Below are positions 14,401-26,266 of a stretch of DNA of 35,618 bases, piece by piece. The stretch comes from Desulfobacteraceae bacterium. GTDB lineage: Bacteria > Desulfobacterota > Desulfobacteria > Desulfobacterales > JAABTS01. A model generated the notes under the pieces. It was not told the DNA's origin, did no database searches, and worked only from the letters and a program-made list of their open reading frames with translations. The translations under genes and the position numbers were made by a program. Positions within the stretch are counted from its first letter, which is position 1. The number at the start of each line of letters is the position of its first letter. The DNA lies in the NCBI GenBank assembly GCA_011389735.1, contig JAABTS010000050.1, forward strand, positions 1 to 35,618. Direction: 5' to 3'.

Positions 14401-15888
14401 TTACAATGAAGACAGCAAGTCACAGAACAATCTTACTCCAAACCCCGTGCCGCCGGGATTGACGTATGATCCGGCCTTTGAAACATATGCAGGGCCGGCG
14501 ATATCGAGATGCGCCCATTTGGCGTCCTTGACGAATTCGGACAGAAAAAGAGCCGCAATGATAGCTCCCCCCCACCCGGTGTCGCCTACATTTTTGATAT
14601 CCGCCACATCGCTTTTGAGTTTTTCCCTGTAATCGTCCACGATGGGAAGCCGCCAGCAACGTTCGAAAGTCTTACGCCCCGACCGGACCAACGCCTCCGC
14701 AAGCTCGTCATCCGAACTGAAAACACCGGCGACATTTTCTCCCAGGGCCGCCAGGCATGCGCCCGTCAACGTCGCGATGTCGATCACGATATCGGGCTTA
14801 TAAGTCTTGACTACGTAAGCCAGGGCGTCGATGAGAATCAGCCTGCCCTCAGCGTCGGTGTTTAAAATTTCCACGGTTTTTCCGCTGTAGGCGCGGATAA
14901 TGTCCCCTGGACGGGCGGCGTTTCCGGAGGGCATGTTTTCCACGAGAGGAATCACGCCGATCACCTGCACGTCAGGTTTCAACCGGGCGGTCGTAATCAG
15001 CGTGGCGGCGACGGCGGCTGCGCCGGCCATGTCGATTTTCATGTTCGACGACGACCCTCCGGGTTTCAGGTTAATGCCGCCGGAATCAAAAGTGACGCCT
15101 TTTCCTACAAACGCAATAGTCTGTTTCGGCGTCTCGGGCGAGTATGATATAACAGCCATCCCTGGTTTGCTCAGGCTACCGGCCGCCACGGCCAGGATAG
15201 CATTGAATCCGCCTTTTTTCAAATCCGCCGAATTCATCACGGTTACATCGAGTTCTTCCTTTCTACAGGCTTGAGCTATTTGTTCGATGAACTGCTCGGG
15301 ACGTTTGTCATTGGGCGGCGTGGAAACCCAGTCCCTGGCCATGATGGTTCCTTCACAAACGGTCTCGACCTTTTCGATCAGCGACCGGTATTTTTTCACA
15401 ATCGTGTTGTTGGATATCAGATCGATTTTGGAAACAGGCGCGTCTTTTTTCTCGCTCTTATACACATCAAATATATGATTGCCGAGAATCGCCCCTTCCG
15501 CCATCGCCGTGACCACGGATTCCGCGTCCGCTTCGACTCGCGAAAAAGCCGGAGCCATCAGCGCCGCATCCTTGATTTTTTTCTTGATACACAGTTTAAT
15601 CGCCCTCCCCGAAAATGACCGGAATGTATCCACATCAATTTTTTCAAACTTGCCGATCCCGAGAAGAATGATTCGTTCCGCATTTATTCCGGATGGATTG
15701 TAAAAAATGATGTCCTCATCCTTGCGGCCCTTGAAATCGTCATAGGCGGCGGCTTTCTTTATGATGGAAAGCACCCCCGGACGTGTATGGATATCTTTGT
15801 CTTCGCAAACAGGAATGACCAGCGTATCGATTCGTATCTTGTTAAAGTCGATGGATATAAGGTTAAGCACGACAGACTCCTTTTTCAT
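14401..15888 (-). CDS. pepA: Leucyl aminopeptidase, M17 family
   Basis: 495 aa; M17 signature NTDAEGRLILIDALAY, metal ligands (K...D...D...E), and the typical N-terminal domain. Confidence 0.95.
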   Translation of the reverse strand: MKKESVVLNLISIDFNKIRIDTLVIPVCEDKDIHTRPGVLSIIKKAAAYDDFKGRKDEDIIFYNPSGINAERIILLGIGKFEKIDVDTFRSFSGRAIKLCIKKKIKDAALMAPAFSRVEADAESVVTAMAEGAILGNHIFDVYKSEKKDAPVSKIDLISNNTIVKKYRSLIEKVETVCEGTIMARDWVSTPPNDKRPEQFIEQIAQACRKEELDVTVMNSADLKKGGFNAILAVAAGSLSKPGMAVISYSPETPKQTIAFVGKGVTFDSGGINLKPGGSSSNMKIDMAGAAAVAATLITTARLKPDVQVIGVIPLVENMPSGNAARPGDIIRAYSGKTVEILNTDAEGRLILIDALAYVVKTYKPDIVIDIATLTGACLAALGENVAGVFSSDDELAEALVRSGRKTFERCWRLPIVDDYREKLKSDVADIKNVGDTGWGGAIIAALFLSEFVKDAKWAHLDIAGPAYVSKAGSYVNPGGTGFGVRLFCDLLSSL

Positions 15889-16171
15889 TGCCTGATCTTT
15901 TCATAGCCTTCCGGAAACCAAATCTCAACCTGCTGCTCGCCAGGGACAATACTGTTCTCGTATATCCAGGTCCGACAACGCAGGAGGCAGGGGCAGGGGG
16001 CAGGCTCTTTCATAAGTCCGGCTCCAAACCGCCCCCTGAAACCTGCACCCTTTAACCTTGCCGATTGCAAATCCCCTCGGATAGTGAGGAGGTTTTCGTT
16101 CAGCCCCAAGTTATCTGAAAAGCTACAGGTTATATCATTTTTGGATTCCTTGCAATACTCAAGGACGCGTT

Positions 16172-16645
16172 TTACGATCTCAGCGTCGCCGAAAGCCGCA
16201 ATGGATTTAAAAACAACTCCAGGGCGGAAACAATGTCACAAAAAACCAGGTCGGCCGACAAAACCGCTTGAACCGAGGCCCCCTCCTGCTGGATGACTGC
16301 AATCCCCAGAGCGGATTTCGCCAGGGAGGAACGATCGTTGACCCCGTTTCCAATAAAAGCCAGGCGATCAAGCCCGATTCCGCGAATGTAGGATAATTTT
16401 ACAGCATCCTGATTTTCTTTCGGGATAACGAAGAGCTTCACCGGCGTGTGATCGAACAACGCCGCCGCGCTGCCGAAAGTATCCGCCGTCAGCACGTGGA
16501 TGTTAAATTGAGCCGACAGCGCTTCCAGTATCGCCGATGTTCCTGGAATCAGATTTCCGTCCACGGCCAGCGTGCCGTTTAAATCGAGTACGATGTGATC
16601 GATGTTCAGTTGTTTGTCCCGGCCCGGGACATTGAATTTCGGCAT
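16172..16645 (-). CDS. Small HAD-superfamily hydrolase (soluble P-type-ATPase-like, COG4087-type)
   Basis: 157 aa; motif I IVLDLNGTL, motif IV GNGVNDRSSL. SD AAGGATGG. Confidence 0.75.
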   Translation of the reverse strand: MPKFNVPGRDKQLNIDHIVLDLNGTLAVDGNLIPGTSAILEALSAQFNIHVLTADTFGSAAALFDHTPVKLFVIPKENQDAVKLSYIRGIGLDRLAFIGNGVNDRSSLAKSALGIAVIQQEGASVQAVLSADLVFCDIVSALELFLNPLRLSATLRS

Positions 16646-16734
16646 TGTTCCATCCTTTGGGTTTTTGTGTCAATCTCACCCGGTCTTAGGGCAAGCAAGA
16701 CGGTAGTTGTGTTCTGTGGATTCCCTAACATCCT

Positions 16735-18282
16735 TTACGTTTCAATCAGAGAAGTTCCCGTCATTTCTTTTGATTTTTCAACTCCCATGATATCGAGCAT
16801 GGTCGGGGCGATATCCGCAAGCTTGCCTTCTTCCCGCAGCACCGCATCCCGCATGTCGTCGTTGACCAGTATAAAGGGGACCGGGTTGAGGGTGTGGGCC
16901 GTGTGAGGCGAACCGTCCTCTTCCTTCATCATTTCCGAATTTCCGTGATCGGCGGTTATCAGCACCGTTCCTCCCGAATCCAGAATTTCAGGAACTATCC
17001 TGCCCACACATGAGTCGACTGTTTTACAGGCTTCCACCGCCGCTTCGAGTACGCCGGTATGCCCCACCATGTCCATGTTTGCAAAATTGAGAACGATTGA
17101 GGCGTAATCTCTTGACCGGATTCTTTCGATCACCGCGTCCGTAACCGCTTCGGCGCTCATGGCGGGTTTCTCGTCATAGGTCGGAATATCCCTCGGCGAC
17201 GGAATTAAAAGGCGGTCTTCCCGCGGAAACGGTTTTTCCGCGCCGCCGTTGAAAAAATAGGTGACATGGGCGTATTTTTCCGTTTCAGCTATCCGGAACT
17301 GTTTGAGACCCTCATTACTGACGATTTCACCGAAAATCCCGGTTAGATCGGCCTTGGAAAAAGCGACGGGCAAGTCAAAGGTTTTATCGTATTGCGTCAT
17401 GCAAACATAATTGGAAAGGGGCGTAAAATTTCCCCGGTCGAATTGATCGAATTCCATCGCCGTAAGAGCGCGTGTAATTTCCCGAGCCCGATCCGCGCGA
17501 AAATTGAAAAAGATCACCCCGTCGTCTTTACCGATCACGCTTTTGGGATTGCCTGAATCGTCGGTGATCAAGATCGGCTTGATAAATTCATCGGTTTGAC
17601 CTTTTTCATATGCCGATTTTATCGCCTGTACAGAATCTTTTGCATAAATCCCTTCGCCTTTGACCATCATCTTAAACGCTTTTTCGACTCGATCCCATCG
17701 GTTGTCCCGATCCATTGCATAATATCTGCCGCAGACGCCGCCGATCCGGCCATAATCGATTGTTTCAACGTGTTCCAGCACCTGCTCGACAAAACCGGCG
17801 CCGCCGTCCGGCGGCGTGTCCCTTCCGTCCATCAGGGCGTATATGTTGGTTTCCGGGACGTTCCGCTGCTTCGCCATGTCCAGCAGAGCGAACAGATGAC
17901 GGATATGGCTGTGAACCCCTCCGTCGGAAACCAGGCCCGCCAGATGAAGCTTGGAACCCTTTCGGGCAACCCTGTCCATCACCTCGCATAACGCCTCATT
18001 ATTGAAAAAAGAACCGTCTCGTATCGCCAGGTCGATTCGCAACAGATTCTGATAGACCACGCGGCCGGCGCCGATATTGAGATGCCCGACTTCCGAGTTC
18101 CCCATAAACCCTTCCGGAAGCCCGACCGCTTCTCCGGAACAGTGTAACCGCGTTGTTGGATAGATCTTTTTCAAACGATTCAAATTTGGCGTTCCTGAAA
18201 GGTAGACCGCGTTGGAATCGCCGTCAGGAGCGATCCCCCATCCGTCCAGGATCATTAGCATACACAGCGGGCGTTTAGACAT
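16735..18282 (-). CDS. gpmI: 2,3-bisphosphoglycerate-independent phosphoglycerate mutase
   Basis: iPGM hallmarks: MLMILDGWGIA, SGEAVGLPEGFMGNSEVGHLNIGAGR, C-terminal ADHGN metal-binding region. The preferred start is MSKRP at 18282, whose ATG overlaps the rsfS stop (ATGTCTAA). The track ORF extends 50 codons further upstream into rsfS and is unlikely. Confidence 0.95.
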   Translation of the reverse strand: MSKRPLCMLMILDGWGIAPDGDSNAVYLSGTPNLNRLKKIYPTTRLHCSGEAVGLPEGFMGNSEVGHLNIGAGRVVYQNLLRIDLAIRDGSFFNNEALCEVMDRVARKGSKLHLAGLVSDGGVHSHIRHLFALLDMAKQRNVPETNIYALMDGRDTPPDGGAGFVEQVLEHVETIDYGRIGGVCGRYYAMDRDNRWDRVEKAFKMMVKGEGIYAKDSVQAIKSAYEKGQTDEFIKPILITDDSGNPKSVIGKDDGVIFFNFRADRAREITRALTAMEFDQFDRGNFTPLSNYVCMTQYDKTFDLPVAFSKADLTGIFGEIVSNEGLKQFRIAETEKYAHVTYFFNGGAEKPFPREDRLLIPSPRDIPTYDEKPAMSAEAVTDAVIERIRSRDYASIVLNFANMDMVGHTGVLEAAVEACKTVDSCVGRIVPEILDSGGTVLITADHGNSEMMKEEDGSPHTAHTLNPVPFILVNDDMRDAVLREEGKLADIAPTMLDIMGVEKSKEMTGTSLIET

Positions 18283-18685
18283 CTTCGTCCTCCATTTCTT
18301 TTCCCTCAACGGTTTCCCGATTCCTGTCAGATTCAAAATAGGCGGATACGTCAATCCGTCGGGCGTCGCTCCATAGCCCCTCCAGATCGTAGAAAGAACG
18401 GGTTTCCACATAGAAAACATGAATAATGACATCGCCGTAGTCCAGAAGCGCCCAATGGCCGTCCGATATTCCTTCGGCGCTTAACGTGTTAACCCCTTGA
18501 TCCTTCAAATGTCTGCGAACATGGTCGGCGACGGCTTTCACCTGACGGCCGGACCGGGCGCTGCAAATAATAAAAAAATCGGCCACGGACGTCAGATCTC
18601 GTACATCGAGCGCCACCGTGTTCATGGCTTTTTTCCCCGCAATCGCCCGAAGGTAAATATCAATGGGTGAAACATTGTTTGTCAT
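18275..18685 (-). CDS. rsfS: Ribosomal silencing factor RsfS (Iojap family)
   Basis: 136 aa; DVRDLTSVADFFIICSARSGRQVKAVADHV...GHWALLDYGDVIIHVF is the canonical RsfS core. ATGA overlap with the nadD stop. Confidence 0.9.
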   Translation of the reverse strand: MTNNVSPIDIYLRAIAGKKAMNTVALDVRDLTSVADFFIICSARSGRQVKAVADHVRRHLKDQGVNTLSAEGISDGHWALLDYGDVIIHVFYVETRSFYDLEGLWSDARRIDVSAYFESDRNRETVEGKEMEDEDV

Positions 18686-19353
18686 AAATATAGCCCTTTT
18701 TGAAAAATAAAGCGTTTTACCGGTTCCGGCGTCATACTGTTTATTGGTTTTCCCTGTTTTACGCGCTCCCGGATCCGGGTGGATGAAATGTCGATCAAAC
18801 TGCCTTTAAAATAAAAGATTTGTTTATAGCGGGGATGGTCAAATACGCTTTCACGGTGCGAAAACTCATAGGATTCGGATATGGTGGATTTCAAATAGAA
18901 TTCCAGCCGATTTCGGCCGTCCGTGAGATCCACTCCTTTAATTCCCGGACGCGCCATAACAATAAAATCAATTTCACCGAGCAAACTTCGATACGATTTC
19001 CATGTATGAATTTCCAGCATCGCGTCCAGTCCTATAATGAGGAAAAAACGAGTGCAATCAGGGTATTCGGAATGAAACCATCGCACCGTATCGATTGTGT
19101 AAGACGGCCCCCGGCGCTTCAGCTCGATATCCGAAACCTCGATATGCGCGTTTTCGGCGTCGGCCGCCAGCCGCGCCATTTCCAGGCGGTCATCGGCCGG
19201 CGCGATATTCGATCCGGATTTATGCGGCGGCGCGGCGGCCGGCGTCAATATAGCGCGGTCAAGGGCGAACCGTTCCGTAACTTCCCGAACCATACGGGTA
19301 TGCCCCGAATGAATCGGATTAAAGGTTCCCCCGAACAATCCGATACGTTCCAA
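18682..19353 (-). CDS. nadD: Nicotinate-nucleotide adenylyltransferase
   Basis: GLFGGTFNPIHSGH (the (H/T)xGH nucleotidyltransferase motif) and a C-terminal ISSTRIRE motif. The start is TTG at 19353, preceded by GGTGAGGAGG. Confidence 0.9.
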   Translation of the reverse strand: MERIGLFGGTFNPIHSGHTRMVREVTERFALDRAILTPAAAPPHKSGSNIAPADDRLEMARLAADAENAHIEVSDIELKRRGPSYTIDTVRWFHSEYPDCTRFFLIIGLDAMLEIHTWKSYRSLLGEIDFIVMARPGIKGVDLTDGRNRLEFYLKSTISESYEFSHRESVFDHPRYKQIFYFKGSLIDISSTRIRERVKQGKPINSMTPEPVKRFIFQKGLYL

Positions 19354-19380
19354 GCCTCCTCACCGTGTTTACTTATATTT

Positions 19381-20637
19381 TCAAGTTCGAATCTGGCCGT
19401 TGCCCAGAACCACGAATTTTGTCGTGGTCAATTCGTCCACGCCCATCGGGCCGAACGCATGAAGCTTGGAGGTGCTGATTCCCATTTCGGCCCCAAGCCC
19501 GAGTTGGCCTCCGTCATTGAAACGAGTCGATGCGTTGACCAGCACCACCGATGAATCCACTCGCCGCAAAAAATCTCTCGCTCTTTGATAATCGGCGGTC
19601 ACGATGGATTCCGTATGCGCAGAACCATAGGCGGCTATATGCCGGATCGCCTCATCCATATCATCCACGATTTTGACGGCCAGAATCAGATCCAGATATT
19701 CTTCCGGCCAGTCCGCCTCCACCGCCGGTTCCGCAAAAGGGACATGGTTTAAGGTTTCGGGGCACCCCTTGATTTTGACGCCCGCCGCCTTGAACCGTTC
19801 AGCCATTTGCGGCAAGAATTCGGCGGCCTCAGCAGTGTGAACCAGCATGGTTTCCATTGAGTTGCATACGCCGGGCCGTTGCACCTTGGAGTTGAAACAG
19901 ATTTCTTCGGCCATGGACAAATCAGCCCCCTTGTCCACATACACATGGCAAACGCCTTTGTAATGCTTCAGCACCGGAATTTTCGAGTTTTCCACCACGA
20001 ACCGGATAAGCCCTTCCCCGCCTCTGGGAATAATCAAATCAATGTATTCTTCCTGAGACAGAAGATAATTGACCGCTTCCCGGTCCCGAACGGATATGAC
20101 CTGGACCGCTTTTTCCGGAAGGCCGGCGTCCGCCAGGGCCCGGCTGATGATTTCCGCCAGCGCCCGGTTGGATTCCAGCGCTTCGGAACCGCCCCGGAGA
20201 ATGACCGCGTTGCCGGCCTTGAAACATAGACCCGCCGCATCCACAGTCACATTGGGCCGGGATTCATAGATGATCCCGATCACTCCCAGCGGAATCCGCA
20301 TCCGGGACACATTCAGACCGTTGGGCCGTATCCAGGTTTGAGTCATGGTTCCAACCGGATCTTTCATTTCCTTGATTTCCCGAAGCCCGTCAGCCATTTG
20401 CCGGATAACGGCGTCCGTCAAGGTCAGCCTGTCGATCATCGGGGCCGCAAGTCCCATTTCCCGGGCGCGTTCCAGATCCTTTAAGTTTTCGGCTTTGATA
20501 TACGCCGATTCAGCCTCCAGCAAACCGGCGATTCGAATCAGCGCGTCGTCCTTTTGCGGAGTGGCGCATTCGGCCATTTCGATCGACGCTTTCCTGGCCT
20601 GCTTCGCCGTTTCAATAACCATCGATTCAATATTCAT
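19381..20637 (-). CDS. proA: Gamma-glutamyl phosphate reductase
   Basis: 418 aa; aldehyde-dehydrogenase-fold ProA with the catalytic Cys region ([23 protein letters not shown]...). Confidence 0.95.
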   Translation of the reverse strand: MNIESMVIETAKQARKASIEMAECATPQKDDALIRIAGLLEAESAYIKAENLKDLERAREMGLAAPMIDRLTLTDAVIRQMADGLREIKEMKDPVGTMTQTWIRPNGLNVSRMRIPLGVIGIIYESRPNVTVDAAGLCFKAGNAVILRGGSEALESNRALAEIISRALADAGLPEKAVQVISVRDREAVNYLLSQEEYIDLIIPRGGEGLIRFVVENSKIPVLKHYKGVCHVYVDKGADLSMAEEICFNSKVQRPGVCNSMETMLVHTAEAAEFLPQMAERFKAAGVKIKGCPETLNHVPFAEPAVEADWPEEYLDLILAVKIVDDMDEAIRHIAAYGSAHTESIVTADYQRARDFLRRVDSSVVLVNASTRFNDGGQLGLGAEMGISTSKLHAFGPMGVDELTTTKFVVLGNGQIRT

Positions 20638-20981
20638 GAGCTATTCCCTTCGTCCCGTTTATGTTTCAGCGCTTCGATCAGACAGGCCATCCCTTTGCGG
20701 GTTTCGGGCGTTTGTTCAACGACTTTGAATCCGCTTTGATACAAATCCGCCCTATCGTCCTTACGGCTCCACAAACAGCGCACTGTAAGCCGAATCTGAT
20801 CGGACAGAACCTCGATCCTGATTTTATAATCCTTGCCATCCGTGATCGGCTCCGCACTCATCAGTTTCACGCCTTCCGGATTGATATCGGCTAAATGGCC
20901 GAAAAGCGCGCCGGTATCGTCTTCATAAACCCGGAGGAACCGAACCAGATCCCAACGTTCCATTTTTCGGCTTTCGTTCAT
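20634..20981 (-). CDS. Small PilZ-like protein inserted between proB and proA (possible c-di-GMP-binding domain)
   Basis: 115 aa; N-terminal RKMER (RxxxR) and downstream DINPEGV (D/NxSxGG-like) resemble the PilZ signature. Its stop overlaps the proA start (ATGA), supporting that it is a translated gene. GAGG SD lies 9 nt upstream. Confidence 0.5.
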   Translation of the reverse strand: MNESRKMERWDLVRFLRVYEDDTGALFGHLADINPEGVKLMSAEPITDGKDYKIRIEVLSDQIRLTVRCLWSRKDDRADLYQSGFKVVEQTPETRKGMACLIEALKHKRDEGNSS

Positions 20982-21066
20982 CGATCCAGCCTCGACTATT
21001 GAATTACAAAATTACATTTCCCGGAACGGAAGGCCTGAATACAGGTTTTTCGAAATTGAATGCAGA

Positions 21067-21110
21067 CGGCGGCGGGCCTGGAATCATACGATTCGTTCGT
21101 ATATCCCGGT
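21067..21110 (-). repeat. Copy 2 of the ~36-40-nt intergenic element (ACGGCGGCGGGCCTGGAATCATACGATTCGTTCGTATATCCCGGTG), immediately 3' of proB
   Basis: Aligns with 24329-24367 and with the reverse complement of 12105-12140. Its core GAATCATACGATTC is a dyad. Confidence 0.8.
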
Positions 21111-21134
21111 GAAAAAACCCGCATATAACAGGCG

Positions 21135-23519
<2,385 letters not shown>

Positions 23520-23535
23520 GACACTTTCTCCTTAT

Positions 23536-24045
23536 TTAGTCTTTCTGAATCTGCTCTTCCCGAACCTCGGAATCTTGAACATCTGAATCCGTCTCCGATT
23601 TTTCCGGTTCGGATTCGACGACGGCGTCGTCCGCCGCTTCAGAGATCTCAGCAGGCGCGGCCGCTTCTACCGTTTCCGTTTCGCCCGCGGGCGATGTTTC
23701 CGCTTCTTCGGCGCTTCCGCCCAGCATCGCGTCCCCGGACATGACACCGTCAATCTTTACCAGCGTAAACGGCTGACGATGGCCTTGCTTTCTCTTATAC
23801 CGTTTCCGTTTTTTGTATTTGAAAACTATGATCTTTTTCCCTTTTCCCTGTTCAACGATATGGCCGCTCACTTTCATGTCGTCGAGATAGGGTCTTCCAA
23901 TTCGAACGGTTTCCCCGTCCGAAAAAAGGAGCACTTTATCGAAAGTCACATTGGAGCCGACATCCCCGGGCAATTTTTCCACTCGAAACGAGTCGCCCTT
24001 ACCGACTTTGTATTGTTTTCCACCAGTATTCACCACCGCATACAT
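23536..24045 (-). CDS. rplU: 50S ribosomal protein L21 with ~65-aa acidic C-terminal extension
   Basis: MYAVVNTGGKQYKVGKGDSFRVEKL is canonical L21. The GGAGG SD sits inside the upstream MTEGGNKQ codons, so the start is placed at 24045. The C-terminal tail is rich in Glu/Asp/Ala/Ser. Confidence 0.9.
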   Translation of the reverse strand: MYAVVNTGGKQYKVGKGDSFRVEKLPGDVGSNVTFDKVLLFSDGETVRIGRPYLDDMKVSGHIVEQGKGKKIIVFKYKKRKRYKRKQGHRQPFTLVKIDGVMSGDAMLGGSAEEAETSPAGETETVEAAAPAEISEAADDAVVESEPEKSETDSDVQDSEVREEQIQKD

Positions 24046-24225
24046 TTGTTTATTTCCTCCTTCGGTCATCGGCCGGAAAGCCGGGTAATCATATCAGATA
24101 AAGGTTTTCGGATATTTAATTTCACAAAGCGCCGCGCCCCGGGATAACTTGATTCATGCATGCCGGAGCGTACAACACGGTGAAATGTAACTTCTGAAAG
24201 GCTATATATATCACATAAACCATTC

Positions 24226-24254
24226 ATTATGAACATGCCGACTGTTTATGTCAA
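24226..24254 (-). promoter_or_regulatory. Putative sigma70 promoter of the rplU-rpmA-obgE-proB operon: -35 TTGACA (24254..24249), 17-nt spacer, -10 CATAAT (24231..24226); implies a ~170-nt leader
   Basis: Both hexamers read on the minus strand with a 17-nt spacer. A long structured leader upstream of L21 is plausible for r-protein autoregulation. Confidence 0.4.
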
Positions 24255-24328
24255 GCGAAATTTTTAACCGGAAACGACCTTAATTTTGAATACTATCTCT
24301 TTTCCTATTTTCAAAAAAATTCAACCAG

Positions 24329-24367
24329 GCGGCGGTCCCGGGATCATATGATTCGTATATCCCGGGA
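24329..24367 (-). repeat. Copy 3 of the ~36-40-nt intergenic element (GGCGGCGGTCCCGGGATCATATGATTCGTATATCCCGGG), immediately 3' of gdhA
   Basis: Contains the 7-bp inverted repeat CCCGGGA/TCCCGGG around a 14-16-nt loop with the palindromic core ATCATATGAT. On the transcribed (minus) strand a T7 run follows ~15 nt later. Confidence 0.8.
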
Positions 24368-24427
24368 GACGACGCACTGAATGTAATTTATGAAACGCAA
24401 TGACAAAGATCTCCGGGAGCTTGTTCT

Positions 24428-25777
24428 TTAGACCACGCCCTGGTCGATCATGGCGTTCACCACTTTCAAGAAGCCCGCGATATTGGCGCCCTTTAGATAA
24501 TTGCCGGGCGCTCCATACTCTGTGGATGCGTCCATGCAGGTTTTGTGAATATTTTCCATGATCAGCTTCAGTCGGCGATCCACTTCTTCCCGGGTCCAAT
24601 TCAGCCGGGAGCTGTTCTGTGACATTTCAAGTCCCGATACGGATACTCCGCCGGCGTTGGCGGCTTTGCCGGGGCCGTAGAGAATGTCGTTGTCTAGAAA
24701 AATATCGACACCGTCCGGAGTGGTCGGCATATTCGCGCCTTCGGAAACTAGAAACACCTTGTTGTTAACCAGGTTTTGAGCGTCTTTGGCGTTGATTTCA
24801 TTTTGAGTGGCGCTGGGAAATGCGCAATCGCCCTGATAGTTCCAGAGAGGGTTGAAATCGGCGATCGGATCGATCGGCGTGTAAACCGCCTCCGGATATT
24901 TGTCAACGTATTCTTTGATCCGGCCTCTTCTGATGTTTTTCAAGGTTTTTACATAAGCCAGTTTTTGGACGTCGATTCCTTTTTCATCGTAGATGCAGCC
25001 TGACGAATCTGAAAGAGTGACCACTTTGGCGCCGAGTTCGATGAGTTTTTCCGCAGTGAACTGGGCCACGTTGCCGGAACCGGAAACGATGCAGGTTTTG
25101 TCTTTTATGCTCAGATTCCGAGTTTTCAGCATTTCGACGGCGAAGTAGACCGAACCGTATCCGGTGGCTTCGGGCCGAATCAGGCTTCCGCCCCAATTGA
25201 TGCTTTTGCCGGTCAGGACGCCGGTGAATTCGTTTCGGATTTTTTTGTACATGCCGAACAAAAATCCGATTTCGCGCGCCCCTACCCCGATATCGCCGGC
25301 GGGAACGTCCGTGTTGTGGCCGATATGCCGAAACAGTTCCAGCATGAAACTCTGGCAGAACCGCATCACCTCGCCGTCGGATTTTCCCTTGGGATCGAAA
25401 TCCGACCCGCCTTTGCCCCCGCCCATGGGAAGCGTGGTCAGCGCGTTCTTGAACACCTGCTCGAAGGCAAGAAATTTCAATATGCCGAGGTTGACCGACG
25501 GGTGAAATCTTAAACCGCCTTTGTAAGGTCCGATACAACTGTTCATTTCGACACGGTATCCCCGATTGACCTGAACTTCGCCCCGATCATCGACCCAGGG
25601 GACGCGAAACAGGATAACCCGTTCCGGTTCCACAAGACGCTCCAGAATCTTCAATTGAGCATATTCCGGGTTCTGGTCAATAACGGGTTTCACGGATTCA
25701 AACACCTCGCTCACCGCCTGATGAAATTCACGTTCATTCGGATCTTTTTCCTTAACATAGGTCAAAATATCAAGCAT
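24428..25777 (-). CDS. gdhA: NADP-specific glutamate dehydrogenase
   Basis: 449 aa; GDH signature LPMGGGKGGSDFDPKGKSD, dinucleotide fold GSGNVAQF. Strong SD AAGGAGGAG. Confidence 0.95.
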   Translation of the reverse strand: MLDILTYVKEKDPNEREFHQAVSEVFESVKPVIDQNPEYAQLKILERLVEPERVILFRVPWVDDRGEVQVNRGYRVEMNSCIGPYKGGLRFHPSVNLGILKFLAFEQVFKNALTTLPMGGGKGGSDFDPKGKSDGEVMRFCQSFMLELFRHIGHNTDVPAGDIGVGAREIGFLFGMYKKIRNEFTGVLTGKSINWGGSLIRPEATGYGSVYFAVEMLKTRNLSIKDKTCIVSGSGNVAQFTAEKLIELGAKVVTLSDSSGCIYDEKGIDVQKLAYVKTLKNIRRGRIKEYVDKYPEAVYTPIDPIADFNPLWNYQGDCAFPSATQNEINAKDAQNLVNNKVFLVSEGANMPTTPDGVDIFLDNDILYGPGKAANAGGVSVSGLEMSQNSSRLNWTREEVDRRLKLIMENIHKTCMDASTEYGAPGNYLKGANIAGFLKVVNAMIDQGVV

Positions 25778-25845
25778 CTTACTCCTCCTTGTGTTAATAG
25801 GCTATGGCTTATATAGTCTTCCACAAATTAAATTGCCGTAAACAT

Positions 25846-25970
25846 TTAAGGCATCCTTCATAAACCCAGGAAAGTGGTTGACACTTTCCAAGTCGGGATC
25901 CCGATCCCGATCCCGATAGCGATCCCGATTTCAAAGTGTAAACCGACAGATGAAGGATGCCACATTTAAT
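25846..25970. repeat. MITE/REP-like composite element. Terminal 12-nt inverted repeats GGCATCCTTCAT/ATGAAGGATGCC enclose an 8-bp perfect hairpin (GGAAAGTG-gttga-CACTTTCC) and a (CCGATC)3-4 / GGGATC hexamer tract (25893-25933).
   Basis: All repeats are read directly. The hexamer tract is the reverse-orientation relative of the tracts at 33332-33353 and 35577-35598. Confidence 0.7.
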
Positions 25971-26266
25971 AACGAAAAGCTCATGTTACCTTACTAAAAA
26001 AAAACAATACCTGTATACTGAATCCTGATATCAGACCCATAATTTAAAGGCAAGCGATTGATGAAAGGAAATATAATTTCCGCATATATCAAAAACAATC
26101 ATCCTGATGAAAAAAACAGGTTGAAATTCGATCCGAGATTGAATATAGATACAGGTTTGCGGTTAACCCATTTGAATTGAAAGAAATAGTTAGCCGCTCT
26201 GAAAAAATGCGGTTATTTATAAGCTGTAATTAATTCAGCGATATTTATCTTTCAGGAGAAATCATT

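Noticed and set aside
15885-16109. 74-aa ORF between pepA and the HAD hydrolase gene
   Set aside because: No SD and a Gly/Arg-rich low-complexity product. More likely the pepA promoter region.
24984-25538. 184-aa antisense ORF and several smaller ones within gdhA
   Set aside because: Antisense to a gene with unmistakable GDH signatures. The translation is Arg-rich and low-complexity.
26061-26180. 39-aa ORF (MKGNIISAYIKNNHPDEKNRLKFDPRLNIDTGLRLTHLN) upstream of the glutamate synthase operon
   Set aside because: No SD; AT-rich promoter-like DNA. Considered as a possible leader peptide but there is no supporting signal.
25778-26266. Sigma-54 (-24 GG / -12 GC) promoter or NtrC sites for gdhA or the glutamate synthase operon
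   Set aside because: Looked for TGGCAC-N5-TTGC-like patterns on both strands and found no convincing match. Only a weak direct repeat (aaTGCGGTTA x2 near 26158 and 26209) was seen. A PWM scan would be needed.
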